Positions 9,554 to 18,791 of a DNA stretch of 64,000 nucleotides are shown here, in pieces. Location: positions 3,686 through 67,685 of the IMG/VR virus record IMGVR_UViG_3300045988_136686; one strand, written 5' to 3'. The stretch's first letter is position 1; each line of letters begins with the position of its first letter. A program made the position numbers and the translations under genes. The notes under the pieces were generated by a model. The model made no database searches. It saw only the letters and a list, made by a program, of their open reading frames with translations, and was not told the DNA's origin. The stretch comes from a virus.

Positions 9554-9703
9554 TTAATCCTCCTCAAATTCGTCTTCATATACAAAAACATGTTTACCAC
9601 TTCCACAAATCTCGACTTCCCATTTATGCATGTTCGGCCAATATTCGATTAGAATTATGTTTCTATAGCCTTTATATGGCTCTTTCAATGTTGCTGTTCT
9701 CAT
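9554..9703 (-). CDS. hypothetical small protein (start trimmed to internal ATG)
   Basis: The track ORF 9554..9799 overlaps the upstream gene by 85 nt. The ATG at 9703 follows the upstream stop at 9715. Confidence 0.4.
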   Translation of the reverse strand: MRTATLKEPYKGYRNIILIEYWPNMHKWEVEICGSGKHVFVYEDEFEED

Positions 9704-9714
9704 TGCTCTTAATT

Positions 9715-10143
9715 TTAAAATGTCGGATCTATATAGTGATTTTGATAATGCAACATAAGCAGAACTCCATCTTTGTAATGATGCCCTTCTGCTACCCAAT
9801 ATCCATTCCTTCTTTTGGTGAACACTTTGGGTGCTCCTTCCAATTCTGGTAGGACTTCATATTCGCTGGCATAATAGTCTATACATTTGGTTTGATTGAA
9901 AGTAACCTCAATCTTGCATGGAGAAATAATTTTAGTAACTGTTGCCGCTCGTTTATCCGAGTAATAGCAGACCGTACAGCCAAGTCCAACTTCGGGTACG
10001 AGATTTTTGATTGCGTCCAACTTCGCTTTTTCCTTTTGCTCTTGCCAATCTGAGAATTTTATACCGCCGGGATATTTGCGACTTTCTATTTCGTGTAGAA
10101 TAGCAAAACTCTCCTTGCTTGTTAATTTCTTTGATATTTCCAT
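9715..10143 (-). CDS. hypothetical protein
   Basis: 142 aa ORF. Confidence 0.55.
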   Translation of the reverse strand: MEISKKLTSKESFAILHEIESRKYPGGIKFSDWQEQKEKAKLDAIKNLVPEVGLGCTVCYYSDKRAATVTKIISPCKIEVTFNQTKCIDYYASEYEVLPELEGAPKVFTKRRNGYWVAEGHHYKDGVLLMLHYQNHYIDPTF

Positions 10144-10154
10144 TGCTATGTATT

Positions 10155-10439
10155 TTATCCGTTATACGTTGATGTTATTTCTTCTGCACGGAGTTCTTTT
10201 CTTAACTCACCGTTCCTATATATTCTCACGGCTACTATTCTAACTGTATCGGATAGGAAACGCCCGCAGTCATTAGCTAGCTTAACTTGTAATTGAATAG
10301 CTTTTGCTAAATTTTTAGTACGCTTTCTTATGGTTTTCTTGAATCCGAAAACATAATCTTCGGTATCGATTTCGAACTGGTAGGTGTCAGAGTGTAATAT
10401 CTGGTTAAGTTCGGATGTCATTTGTTCTATCTTTTCCAT
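10155..10439 (-). CDS. hypothetical protein
   Basis: 94 aa ORF. Confidence 0.5.
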   Translation of the reverse strand: MEKIEQMTSELNQILHSDTYQFEIDTEDYVFGFKKTIRKRTKNLAKAIQLQVKLANDCGRFLSDTVRIVAVRIYRNGELRKELRAEEITSTYNG

Positions 10440-10455
10440 TGCTATTTTGTTATTA

Positions 10456-10698
10456 TTAGAAAAACAAATTAATTATCTCTTCTTTTGTATGGTAATTAAG
10501 CCAGTTATTTGCATTCTCTGTTGCTTTCTCAACACTTCTATACTTTAATCCAGATGATGCAATATATAAGCAAATCGTACGTTTGTGCATTTTCAACACT
10601 TGTTCCTTTTTAGGCTTAGTTATAGTTACTTGATTAGTACGTTTATTAAACTTACAAAACCGATTATTTAAAGTTTCTTCTTTTGTAATAGCCTTCAT
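10456..10698 (-). CDS. hypothetical protein
   Basis: 80 aa ORF. Confidence 0.5.
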   Translation of the reverse strand: MKAITKEETLNNRFCKFNKRTNQVTITKPKKEQVLKMHKRTICLYIASSGLKYRSVEKATENANNWLNYHTKEEIINLFF

Positions 10699-10788
10699 TG
10701 CTCTTATTGTTTAAGTGGTTATTTTGGATATATAAAGATACAAATAATATATTGAATACCAATGAGTTATGTCTTTTATTTCATGCGC

Positions 10789-11022
10789 TTAAACTTTGTT
10801 TAACTTTTTGTCTCTCAGCGACTTTCGGTCAAGTATCTGTGCAAACAAACCAGTTGCAAACACTATTTCACGTCCATACTTATCCTTGCATCGAATGTAT
10901 ATATCTGCATCTTCACCAGACATATAAAGCTCATACAGATTATTGTATGGACGAATGCAATCACGGAACATTTCCGATGCCGTCTTTGACTTACGATAAC
11001 CACTTCTGCCCATACTTTTCAA
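10789..11022 (-). CDS. hypothetical protein
   Basis: 77 aa ORF. Confidence 0.45.
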   Translation of the reverse strand: MKSMGRSGYRKSKTASEMFRDCIRPYNNLYELYMSGEDADIYIRCKDKYGREIVFATGLFAQILDRKSLRDKKLNKV

Positions 11023-11266
11023 ATAATAATGATTTACTTTTCTCTATCTCCTTGTCTGTGTCGATTCCGAGTTGTCGATAGAAAACAGAATTACCGGATA
11101 GGCATTCATGTGCTATCTTCAATGTTCTACGTTCTTCTTTGGAGAAACCAACTCGAAAAGTAGAGAATATAGCTAATGCTTCTTTCAAATAGCCGGAGTG
11201 GAGTAGGGATATAGCTTTACTTGTTTTGGTTTCCATAAGGGTAAATTTCGATGTCTTCAAAATCAT
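10991..11266 (-). CDS. hypothetical protein
   Basis: 91 aa ORF. An internal ATG at 11236 (METKTSK) is an alternative start. Confidence 0.45.
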   Translation of the reverse strand: MILKTSKFTLMETKTSKAISLLHSGYLKEALAIFSTFRVGFSKEERRTLKIAHECLSGNSVFYRQLGIDTDKEIEKSKSLLFEKYGQKWLS

Positions 11267-11393
11267 CGTCAGTAAGGGCGATTTCTTCTGTGTTTATCAT
11301 TTCTTCTACTTTCTCATGAGCGGAATCCATGTTTTCTGCTTCTACCTCCACTACCTTCGAGTAGGTTTCGATTATTCTGAATTTGCATTTCAT
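11217..11393 (-). CDS. hypothetical acidic small protein (below track threshold)
   Basis: My translation gives MKCKFRIIETYSKVVEVEAENMDSAHEKVEEMINTEEIALTDDDFEDIEIYPYGNQNK. The ATG overlaps the upstream TGA (ATGA). Confidence 0.4.
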   Translation of the reverse strand: MKCKFRIIETYSKVVEVEAENMDSAHEKVEEMINTEEIALTDDDFEDIEIYPYGNQNK

Positions 11394-11650
11394 TCTATAT
11401 TCCCTTTATTTAGTTTTGAATTTTGCAATCCTGCATGATACCCATCAATCCATATCAACAATTCTGTGGGTTTCAGATACCCGCTTATCCTGTGACATGG
11501 AATGCCCCCTTCTATTACTCTATCCCCGGCAAATGATTCGTCGTGTATTACGAACGCATAATACCCATAAGAGAATGACGAAGCGGTTAGATGCATTCGA
11601 TTAGCATGACAGTACTTTTCTAATTGTTTTAATGCTTCTTTTTGTGTCAT
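11390..11650 (-). CDS. hypothetical protein
   Basis: 86 aa ORF. Confidence 0.5.
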   Translation of the reverse strand: MTQKEALKQLEKYCHANRMHLTASSFSYGYYAFVIHDESFAGDRVIEGGIPCHRISGYLKPTELLIWIDGYHAGLQNSKLNKGNIE

Positions 11651-11838
11651 AACTGATGATTTATAGATTTTCGTTGATTTTCTTTTCTGTCCGTTTAATG
11701 AATCGTTTAATCATATCTTCTAACTCATTCCTTAAATCGTCCTTGTCAAGATATGAGCGGAAAGTTTTCGATTGTAAAATATCGATGATAGCATACGATT
11801 TTTATCCGTTAGATTTAACAATGATTATTCGTCACTTA

Positions 11839-12480
11839 TTACCCCCATAATTTTACTGCAAGATCATAATTCTTTTGAGCTTCATTTACTGCTTTTTTGG
11901 CATAAGTAAGAGTGTAGGAGTGTTCACGTGGATATTTGCCTGACTTTACACCTTCATGATATTCTTTGGCTTCTTCCAGCTTGTGCGCATAAAAGTCAAT
12001 ACTTTCCGGCATAGATAGGTTGATGGTTGTAGCACGCTTGTCCCAGTATTCGGCTTCTCTTTCATGTTCTGTTGCTTTGTCGCTAAATTCAACGCTTTTA
12101 CCCATGTTTCTCCAAGCATCCGCTATTGCTTTTCTGTGTCGTCTTTCGCTATGATGTCCTATTTTAATAGGTTCTCCAAGTGAAAGAAAATCTCTGTCCT
12201 TATTTGACTTTTCGAAATATACATGACTTTTTTTATTTGCTGATACAGACCATTCACGTCTACGTTCGGCTCTACGTTTTGCCCATTCTTGTACGTTGAA
12301 TCCGTCAGCTCTTACGATGGAGTAATAATAGAATCCGTCACGCTCAAATATCAGATTAAAAACGATACTTTCATTCTCTTTTCCATACTTGGTTGTAACT
12401 AGAATTTCCTCACCTCTTTCGTGCTTTTCTTCGCACTTTGCCAAAAATACGTTTGGCGCAAACTTGTAATATGTGTTCAT
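11839..12480 (-). CDS. DUF3560-like protein
   Basis: 213 aa. Motif GEPIKIGHHSERRHRKAIADAWRNMGKS resembles the conserved GHHSE core of DUF3560. Confidence 0.55.
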   Translation of the reverse strand: MNTYYKFAPNVFLAKCEEKHERGEEILVTTKYGKENESIVFNLIFERDGFYYYSIVRADGFNVQEWAKRRAERRREWSVSANKKSHVYFEKSNKDRDFLSLGEPIKIGHHSERRHRKAIADAWRNMGKSVEFSDKATEHEREAEYWDKRATTINLSMPESIDFYAHKLEEAKEYHEGVKSGKYPREHSYTLTYAKKAVNEAQKNYDLAVKLWG

Positions 12481-12516
12481 TGCTCTTATGTATTTGCAGG
12501 GAAAAAGTCCTGCTGG

Positions 12517-13269
12517 TTATAAATTAAATATGCCAATAGCTTTCGCTATAGTTAATACTTCTTTTTTAGTCTTTACTGTATTTGGGATAATTGTCCCATT
12601 AGAAGACTTAGAATAAAGATTGCCACAAACTAATTCGTAATCGTACCCTATCACTTGCTTTTTACGAGCAAATCCTACACAGCCATATCTTATAGTCCAT
12701 TCAGAACCACCACCAAATGGCATATAATTACCCTTTTCGTCTTGCCATGAACTTTGATGCCGTCTGGCAGATAAGAATCGAGTACCTTCTTGATTATACA
12801 ATAAAACTTCATACGCATTATTAATTATCTTCACACTCAATTTTGCACGTTCTTCTCTTTTGGCAAGAGTGGCTTGTGCAATGGTTAGCGCACGTGCCAT
12901 GATTTCTTCTGGTGTGTCTTCTTGCTTGGTGGAGATGTAGCCGCCTGTGGTACGTACTTCGTGAAGGATTTGTTTGACCCCTTTCTTGAATTGTTTGGCT
13001 ATTGGCTTGCGGCTTTGCATAAGGACTTCGTATAAACCACCTTCGGTTAGGAACCAAACTTGTTGGTTTCCACCGGGGGTCGGAATAATGTTCCGACCCT
13101 TTTCATCATCATCTACAGATGCAACCAATTTGTTAAGGCTTGTTTTGTCGTAATCGATGCATTCTGCAATCTCTCTTGCAAGGAACATGGGATTTTCTGC
13201 TGTTCCGTAAACTGTGAATTGGTGTCCAAGCAATTCTGTTTGTTTTAGGACTTGAATTTGGGCTGCCAT
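12517..13269 (-). CDS. Bro-N domain antirepressor-like protein
   Basis: 250 aa. N-terminal FTVYGTAENPMFLAREIAECIDY...QQVWFLTEGGLYEVLMQSRKPIAKQFKKGVKQILHEVRTTGGY matches the Bro-N pattern. Confidence 0.75.
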   Translation of the reverse strand: MAAQIQVLKQTELLGHQFTVYGTAENPMFLAREIAECIDYDKTSLNKLVASVDDDEKGRNIIPTPGGNQQVWFLTEGGLYEVLMQSRKPIAKQFKKGVKQILHEVRTTGGYISTKQEDTPEEIMARALTIAQATLAKREERAKLSVKIINNAYEVLLYNQEGTRFLSARRHQSSWQDEKGNYMPFGGGSEWTIRYGCVGFARKKQVIGYDYELVCGNLYSKSSNGTIIPNTVKTKKEVLTIAKAIGIFNL

Positions 13270-13813
13270 AAACTTGTAGCATTAAGTTGTATGATAGGTA
13301 GCAAAAAGCGGCCGCCATATACGCTGCTACAAGTTAATGGACTTCACCTCGAAAGGCTAATCTTTACTTACGTATAGGAGGCCGCCAATATATAAAAGTA
13401 TAGGCATAAAAAAAGCCCAACTTTCTATTGAGCAAATTAACCGCTTGCCCTGCGAGATGATTAAGTTCATCAACTTGTAGCATTACAAAAGTATTGAATT
13501 TTACGAGGTAATGCTAATTATTGGGCACAAAATTAGAGCATGGAATCTTGAAAGTGTATGAATTTCATACATAATTCAATATTATTAACCTTTGAGGGCT
13601 ATTATACGATTTCCTAAATCAGTGAATCCTAAGGCGAAATTCCGTTTAATGCAAAATTACAATATTCACAAATAATGAAGTGCACCACCAGAAAACGTAA
13701 AAAGAAAGCGATGAAAAATTAATCTCACCGCTTTTTATATGCCTCAAAATAGACGTGTGTAAACAAATGCCAAATTAGAGTTGTACAAACATCAATTCTT
13801 TAAATCAAAGGAA

Positions 13814-14152
13814 TTATCCGTATTTTATCGAGCAAGCCACAAACAAGGCCATAGCGCCGAATATGGCACTTGCTACTGCGATTATGGTAGTTATAATCCA
13901 TTTCCAGTCTATGGGATTGCGTAAGTTAGGATTGGTGGCAAAATAAATTTTTCCATATTTCGTTATGCGGACATCTTCAAGTTCATGCCCCTCGTTCCAT
14001 AGACCTTTGACAAGACCTAATCTTTCCAGCGAGTCTACGCACGAAATGAATATATGGTGCGGATAAGTGTTTGGGCAGACAATCCCGCTGCTGATTAAAC
14101 GCAACACTTGCTTCTCCTGTTTTGATAGCTTGATTTGCTTCATGGTTGCCAC
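13814..14152 (-). CDS. hypothetical protein with C-terminal transmembrane helix
   Basis: 112 aa. Hydrophobic WIITTIIAVASAIFGAMALFVAC tail. Confidence 0.5.
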   Translation of the reverse strand: MATMKQIKLSKQEKQVLRLISSGIVCPNTYPHHIFISCVDSLERLGLVKGLWNEGHELEDVRITKYGKIYFATNPNLRNPIDWKWIITTIIAVASAIFGAMALFVACSIKYG

Positions 14153-14487
14153 TATTTATCGTCTTTCCTGAATGGATTGAAATCCGGGTCTTCATCTTCA
14201 TAAATAATGCCGTCAAGGTACATATTGGTATTGGCTTCATCTTGCCAACGCTCAAACACGGCACGGTCGGCCTCGTCCCAGCCGGTGCGTTCTTCGAGTG
14301 TCATAGTAGCACGCTGGGCTTCGATATGCTTGATTACTTCTTTTTCTTGTTTCCTTTCCTCATCAATCTCTTTAATTACTTCCTCGATAGAAGAATAACA
14401 GGATTTGGCATAGCAGCATTCTGTACCGCCATAGATAAAAGTAACGGTTTTTTCCGTTTCGCCGATTATTTTATATTTCTTCTTCAT
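14152..14487 (-). CDS. hypothetical protein
   Basis: 111 aa. Its start overlaps the stop of the upstream gene. Confidence 0.55.
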   Translation of the reverse strand: MKKKYKIIGETEKTVTFIYGGTECCYAKSCYSSIEEVIKEIDEERKQEKEVIKHIEAQRATMTLEERTGWDEADRAVFERWQDEANTNMYLDGIIYEDEDPDFNPFRKDDK

Positions 14488-17165
14488 TGCTCTACAAGTA
14501 TTATTCTATAAGTGCCATCTCCTTCTATCCTACGTTTCTTAACCAAGAACTTAGTTCCTTTGTCAAACAGAATTTCATGTTGATTTTCAAGTGTAAATAT
14601 ACCATTAAATTCTGATATTTTGCTGATATTGCGTCCGTTTTTGCTTTGTATCTCAAAGATTACACGCTTGTGACTCTTGGGTATTCCGGCATGTGATATG
14701 AACTTCATAGGTGTATCCATGTAAAGGCTGGACGAAATGAAACCCTTATCGGACACTACATCGCCGATATGGTCAAGGAACCGTTCTTGAAGTTTCTTTA
14801 TGCTCATGGTCTCTCCACGATAAACAACACCTTCATATTTGGGGAGCCTTGATAAGGCTTGACTTATCAGACGGCTTGCCACGTCCACATATTCATCTTC
14901 CGTTCCATTGCGTAAACGGCGGTTAATTTCACGACTAGTAGCCCTCTTGTTGCCAGAGGAGATGGCTTGGGTATAGGCATTGACCGCAGCTTGCTGCACT
15001 TCGGGAATATGCGGATAGATCTTGTTGTAATACTCTACACGGCTCATAGCAAGATTTGTCCTGCGCTTTCGAACAAAGGTTTTCTCTGTCTTGTTATAAA
15101 CATTTACCTTAAAGTCCTCACGAATATATTTATCATTATCACGAATAAAATAAGGTGCGCTGTCCCAACTCTTTGCTCGCTGTATATTTTCGGTTATCCA
15201 CTTTTTGAAAGCGTCCGGTACGTCTTTAACTTCGTTCACGCTTGCTGTCGTGGCTTCACTCCGACCGTCCCATTCCCAAAATTCTTCTTCGGTTTTTAGA
15301 ATGGGTATCTTGTAACATCGACAATTGCTACCCCAAAAGCATTTTCCGTTCCTGCGGATATACATGATATGGTTGCGTTCCAGTGTCAAATCATAAACAA
15401 GACCATCATAATGCTGTATCTCTTTATTGAATACCGAAGACGTGACAGAATAGCATTCACGTATAGAGTAACAATCATAGTTTGACTTTATAATTGGACC
15501 ATTCGCTTTGTGTGATACTCCTGCTTTATTTATAGAAAAAGAAGGCCTATGTCCTGATTTCAGTATTAGTTCGGATAAGTCTCCTGCCATGCGTTCAGAT
15601 GTGGTGAAGTATATGATTTCATCTTTATCTGACTTGAATTCATTACCGTGATTCCCTATGAATGATCTGCAAGGACGCTTATAACCGTCGCAAAGGACAA
15701 AGGCATCAAGAAAAATCCTTATCTGCCTCTTTGAAGCATTCTTTATAACATACGGGACAAATTTGTTTATACACCGTCCAAAAATCTTCAAATAGTTGCG
15801 TATGGTAGTGTTATAAAATACGACCTTTTGTTTTTCAAGATGTGGTTCAAATCCCATACGCTTGATACAATCAACTATTTTATCTCTTGCCGTTTCTCCC
15901 TCTTGCTGGGATATTACGACGCCCGAATTGCTCATTGTACTACCGTCAGAAAGCCAATACCCCATAAATTCGCAGAACAAATCAAATTGGATTATCAAAT
16001 CATCAATTTGGTAAAATTCGACATCGCCTGATTCATACTCGCAACCTCTATAAAATCTGCCTTTACCTTTCGTGTATTCTTTCGCTTGGCAATTCTTAAT
16101 TTTTCCGTCATTCTTATTCAAATACACCATATTGTGTTCTGGGGTTACGAGACAATCAAGAGAGCGATTGTAGAAATGTATCATTTCTCCATAATATGAG
16201 AAACATTGTCTATCGATAAATTCAACCCATTCTATATTACGTGTATTTGGATTTAACGATAATATCAAATCATCATCTAAAACGTCTTTGAATAACTTCC
16301 AACCTCTATTCGTCAGAACTTCGCTATCATCTGAATAACAAAGGGGATGCCAACCGGTCCATTGGAAGTCTTTCGGGTACTTCCCAGCTAGTATATCGCA
16401 AATGTCTTGGAAAGGCTTTCCGTTGCAAGTATGGTTGTTGCTCAACTTGATTTCATATCCCACCACGAAGTCCATCTGCTGCCAGCGTAGGTTTTCAGCT
16501 TGACGGTATGCCATATTGATTTCGGAAGCAGCCAAACGGATAGAACGATACTCGCAATCCATTGCCCGTGATGCTTTTCCGAACCTTTCCTTGTAATCTT
16601 TTTGTAGTTGCGGGAAATCGAGCAGATATTTGGAGATTTGCTTGCTTAATGTAATTGCACTCGTACCTTTTTGAATGGCACATGATATGGCTTCTTCAAG
16701 TTCCTGTTTATACAGAGTCGATTGATTCCACAACTTATCTGATATGGTAAATCCTTTATCCTTACGTCGCTGAAACGCTTTCAATGCATCATTATTGGGC
16801 TGGTATAGGATTTCGTATTTCTCCTTTCCTATGGTTGCGCCATAAGTTTGCAATACTTTGTTGGCAAGAAGATCTTGAACTTCGTTGCTGTTTTTCCATT
16901 CTTCAGAAGTTCCACTATATATTACAGATCCGATGTCCTCAACGAACCGTTCTTGTAAGTCTCTTATCCGTTTCCTTGTTTGGGGATAATCCGACCACAT
17001 AAACGTCCTATCACTATCAATGGTAAAATCGGTAATTCCGACTATTTTAGCCGCCTCTAAATTCAAATCCTCGTATATGGATTCCACAAGCATGACGTAC
17101 TTGGCGAGCCGTTTATTCAGCTCGCCGTACTTGCGTTTCTGATTTGGAGTTTTTGGCTTTGCCAT
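14484..17165 (-). CDS. head morphogenesis protein (SPP1 gp7 / Mu F-like) containing an intein and a C-terminal ADP-ribosyltransferase domain
   Basis: 893 aa, three genes downstream of portal. The family motif ...WHPL/CRCY (HPxCRC) is split by an intein. The C-terminus has an R-S-E triad: VVYRGE, FISSSLY, ENQHE. Confidence 0.85.
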   Translation of the reverse strand: MAKPKTPNQKRKYGELNKRLAKYVMLVESIYEDLNLEAAKIVGITDFTIDSDRTFMWSDYPQTRKRIRDLQERFVEDIGSVIYSGTSEEWKNSNEVQDLLANKVLQTYGATIGKEKYEILYQPNNDALKAFQRRKDKGFTISDKLWNQSTLYKQELEEAISCAIQKGTSAITLSKQISKYLLDFPQLQKDYKERFGKASRAMDCEYRSIRLAASEINMAYRQAENLRWQQMDFVVGYEIKLSNNHTCNGKPFQDICDILAGKYPKDFQWTGWHPLCYSDDSEVLTNRGWKLFKDVLDDDLILSLNPNTRNIEWVEFIDRQCFSYYGEMIHFYNRSLDCLVTPEHNMVYLNKNDGKIKNCQAKEYTKGKGRFYRGCEYESGDVEFYQIDDLIIQFDLFCEFMGYWLSDGSTMSNSGVVISQQEGETARDKIVDCIKRMGFEPHLEKQKVVFYNTTIRNYLKIFGRCINKFVPYVIKNASKRQIRIFLDAFVLCDGYKRPCRSFIGNHGNEFKSDKDEIIYFTTSERMAGDLSELILKSGHRPSFSINKAGVSHKANGPIIKSNYDCYSIRECYSVTSSVFNKEIQHYDGLVYDLTLERNHIMYIRRNGKCFWGSNCRCYKIPILKTEEEFWEWDGRSEATTASVNEVKDVPDAFKKWITENIQRAKSWDSAPYFIRDNDKYIREDFKVNVYNKTEKTFVRKRRTNLAMSRVEYYNKIYPHIPEVQQAAVNAYTQAISSGNKRATSREINRRLRNGTEDEYVDVASRLISQALSRLPKYEGVVYRGETMSIKKLQERFLDHIGDVVSDKGFISSSLYMDTPMKFISHAGIPKSHKRVIFEIQSKNGRNISKISEFNGIFTLENQHEILFDKGTKFLVKKRRIEGDGTYRIILVEQ
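15324..16340 (-). mobile_element. intein with LAGLIDADG homing-endonuclease domain (residues 276-614 of host protein)
   Basis: Starts at Cys1 (CYSDDSEVLT). Block B is TPEH. Two LAGLIDADG-type motifs: FMGYWLSDGS and FLDAFVLCDGY. Block F is LVYDLTLERNHIMYI. Ends GSN followed by +1 Cys. Removing it restores the HPLCRC motif. Confidence 0.85.
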
Positions 17166-17171
17166 TGCGTA

Positions 17172-17534
17172 TTATTTATTTTCAACCCTGTCAGGTGCTG
17201 GCATTTCCAATAAACGAATAGCTTTAATTGTTTCTTTACCCTCTAGTATTGCTTTACATAAGCGGTGGTATCCATCGGCGATTTGTCCTACATCATCAAG
17301 AATAATAGGATATTCAAGAGAACATTGATTCACTCGTTTGCACTGAAATATAAAACTATGAAGTTGATTACACTCAAACGGCTCTGCTGTCAAGTCAATA
17401 TTCCATAAGGGCATATCAAGTATAGGGTATTCTTTTACTTTTGCAAAGTCATAGAGTGTTTGAGCTTTCCAGATCTTGTCTCCACGATGATATTCACTTT
17501 CGCTAAAAGTTATGTTATCTATAGGAACCTGCAT
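17172..17534 (-). CDS. ParB/Srx-like domain protein
   Basis: 120 aa. Motif PIILDDVGQIADGYHRLCKAILEG. Confidence 0.55.
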   Translation of the reverse strand: MQVPIDNITFSESEYHRGDKIWKAQTLYDFAKVKEYPILDMPLWNIDLTAEPFECNQLHSFIFQCKRVNQCSLEYPIILDDVGQIADGYHRLCKAILEGKETIKAIRLLEMPAPDRVENK

Positions 17535-17535
17535 A

Positions 17536-17820
17536 TTATTCTTTTTTTATATATACTTTGATTTCACCGGTAACATGGAGTTCATCACCAACTTTTTCAA
17601 CGGAGTATTCTATTAGCCCCCTCTGGTTGATTGAGCTTACAATTGATTGGAGAACTTCATCCTTTACTTCTTTGATGAACATTTCATCTGATTTTCGATT
17701 AGACCAACCTTCATCAAGTTTCTTCTTTTTTCGGTAATCCTTGATTTCTTTTTTAGTTCGGGCAAGGCAGATACCAAGCTTCTTTGCTTCGTAGTTATCA
17801 ACTCGTTCAATACTACTCAA
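17536..17820 (-). CDS. hypothetical protein (TTG start in track)
   Basis: 94 aa ORF. The first codon is TTG. Confidence 0.45.
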   Translation of the reverse strand: MSSIERVDNYEAKKLGICLARTKKEIKDYRKKKKLDEGWSNRKSDEMFIKEVKDEVLQSIVSSINQRGLIEYSVEKVGDELHVTGEIKVYIKKE

Positions 17821-17958
17821 TCTTTCTTATGGATTGATTTTTTCTGCTAATCTAATAAGCCAGTTTGATATTTTTGTCTTCATGATTTTAAGTTTTAAGC
17901 CAGCAGCGTAAACATCTGCTTACGCTGCTTTAACCTTTTTTACAGCTTGGCAGATAGG

Positions 17959-18459
17959 CTATTGTACAATTTCCCAGTCTTCTGCAAACACATCACTGAT
18001 GGATGGTACCCACGAATCAGCACGTCCCGTATTTTCGTTATAGATAAGGCATTGGCTTGTATAGTCAATAAAACCTTTTCCTTTCAGAATAAGGTCTTTT
18101 GCTGATTGAGGAAGCGATTGCATCTTGGGAATGGTATCGCTTTCAATATGTGCAGGCACTTGCTTGAATACCGTCAGGCCTTTGCCGTTCCAGCCGTTTC
18201 TACGGATAGCCCCACCTTGCTTCAAAACTTCGATAGCATCACCGAAACACATAGGAGTTTCTTTCTTGACTTCTCGATATGATTCTTCAAACAATTCTTT
18301 GGGGGACCAACTTTCATAGCCATATTCAGCACGAGTGTGATATCCAAGCTTGCAAGATTCATGCTCTCCTATTTCACTTTTTACCAAACCTTTACGGCAA
18401 GCTTCGCCTAATGTCATAGGTTCTGCTTCAATCTGTTTTGTGCTAATGTACTTTTTCAT
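17959..18459 (-). CDS. DUF2829 (Tad2-like) domain protein
   Basis: 166 aa. C-terminal FGDAIEVLKQGGAIRRNGWNGKGL...SWVPSISDVFAEDWEIV fits the DUF2829 pattern. Confidence 0.65.
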   Translation of the reverse strand: MKKYISTKQIEAEPMTLGEACRKGLVKSEIGEHESCKLGYHTRAEYGYESWSPKELFEESYREVKKETPMCFGDAIEVLKQGGAIRRNGWNGKGLTVFKQVPAHIESDTIPKMQSLPQSAKDLILKGKGFIDYTSQCLIYNENTGRADSWVPSISDVFAEDWEIVQ

Positions 18460-18480
18460 GATAGTATATTTATTTACAAA

Positions 18481-18771
18481 TTAAACATCTTCCTCTTCAT
18501 AAGCCATCTTTGCACTCATGACACCAACCGAACTTAGCATCCTGATAGAAAGCCCCTTTTGTACGTCAAGCTCAAAAATCATATTGTCATTGAATTGAGC
18601 GGCAGGGTATTGATACAATAGCGCATAATCCATTCCTTCCAGCTTTGCGTATATACTAAGTGTGCCACTCTTCTCTCTGTCTATCTGCATTACACATTTT
18701 CCAACAGAAGTAAACTCACAGGAATAGCCCTGTTTTTCTTTACTAAATTCTAGTACATCAGTTTTTGCCAT
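18481..18771 (-). CDS. hypothetical protein
   Basis: 96 aa ORF directly after portal. Confidence 0.55.
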   Translation of the reverse strand: MAKTDVLEFSKEKQGYSCEFTSVGKCVMQIDREKSGTLSIYAKLEGMDYALLYQYPAAQFNDNMIFELDVQKGLSIRMLSSVGVMSAKMAYEEEDV

Positions 18772-18791
18772 AATATTTATATTTTAGATTA

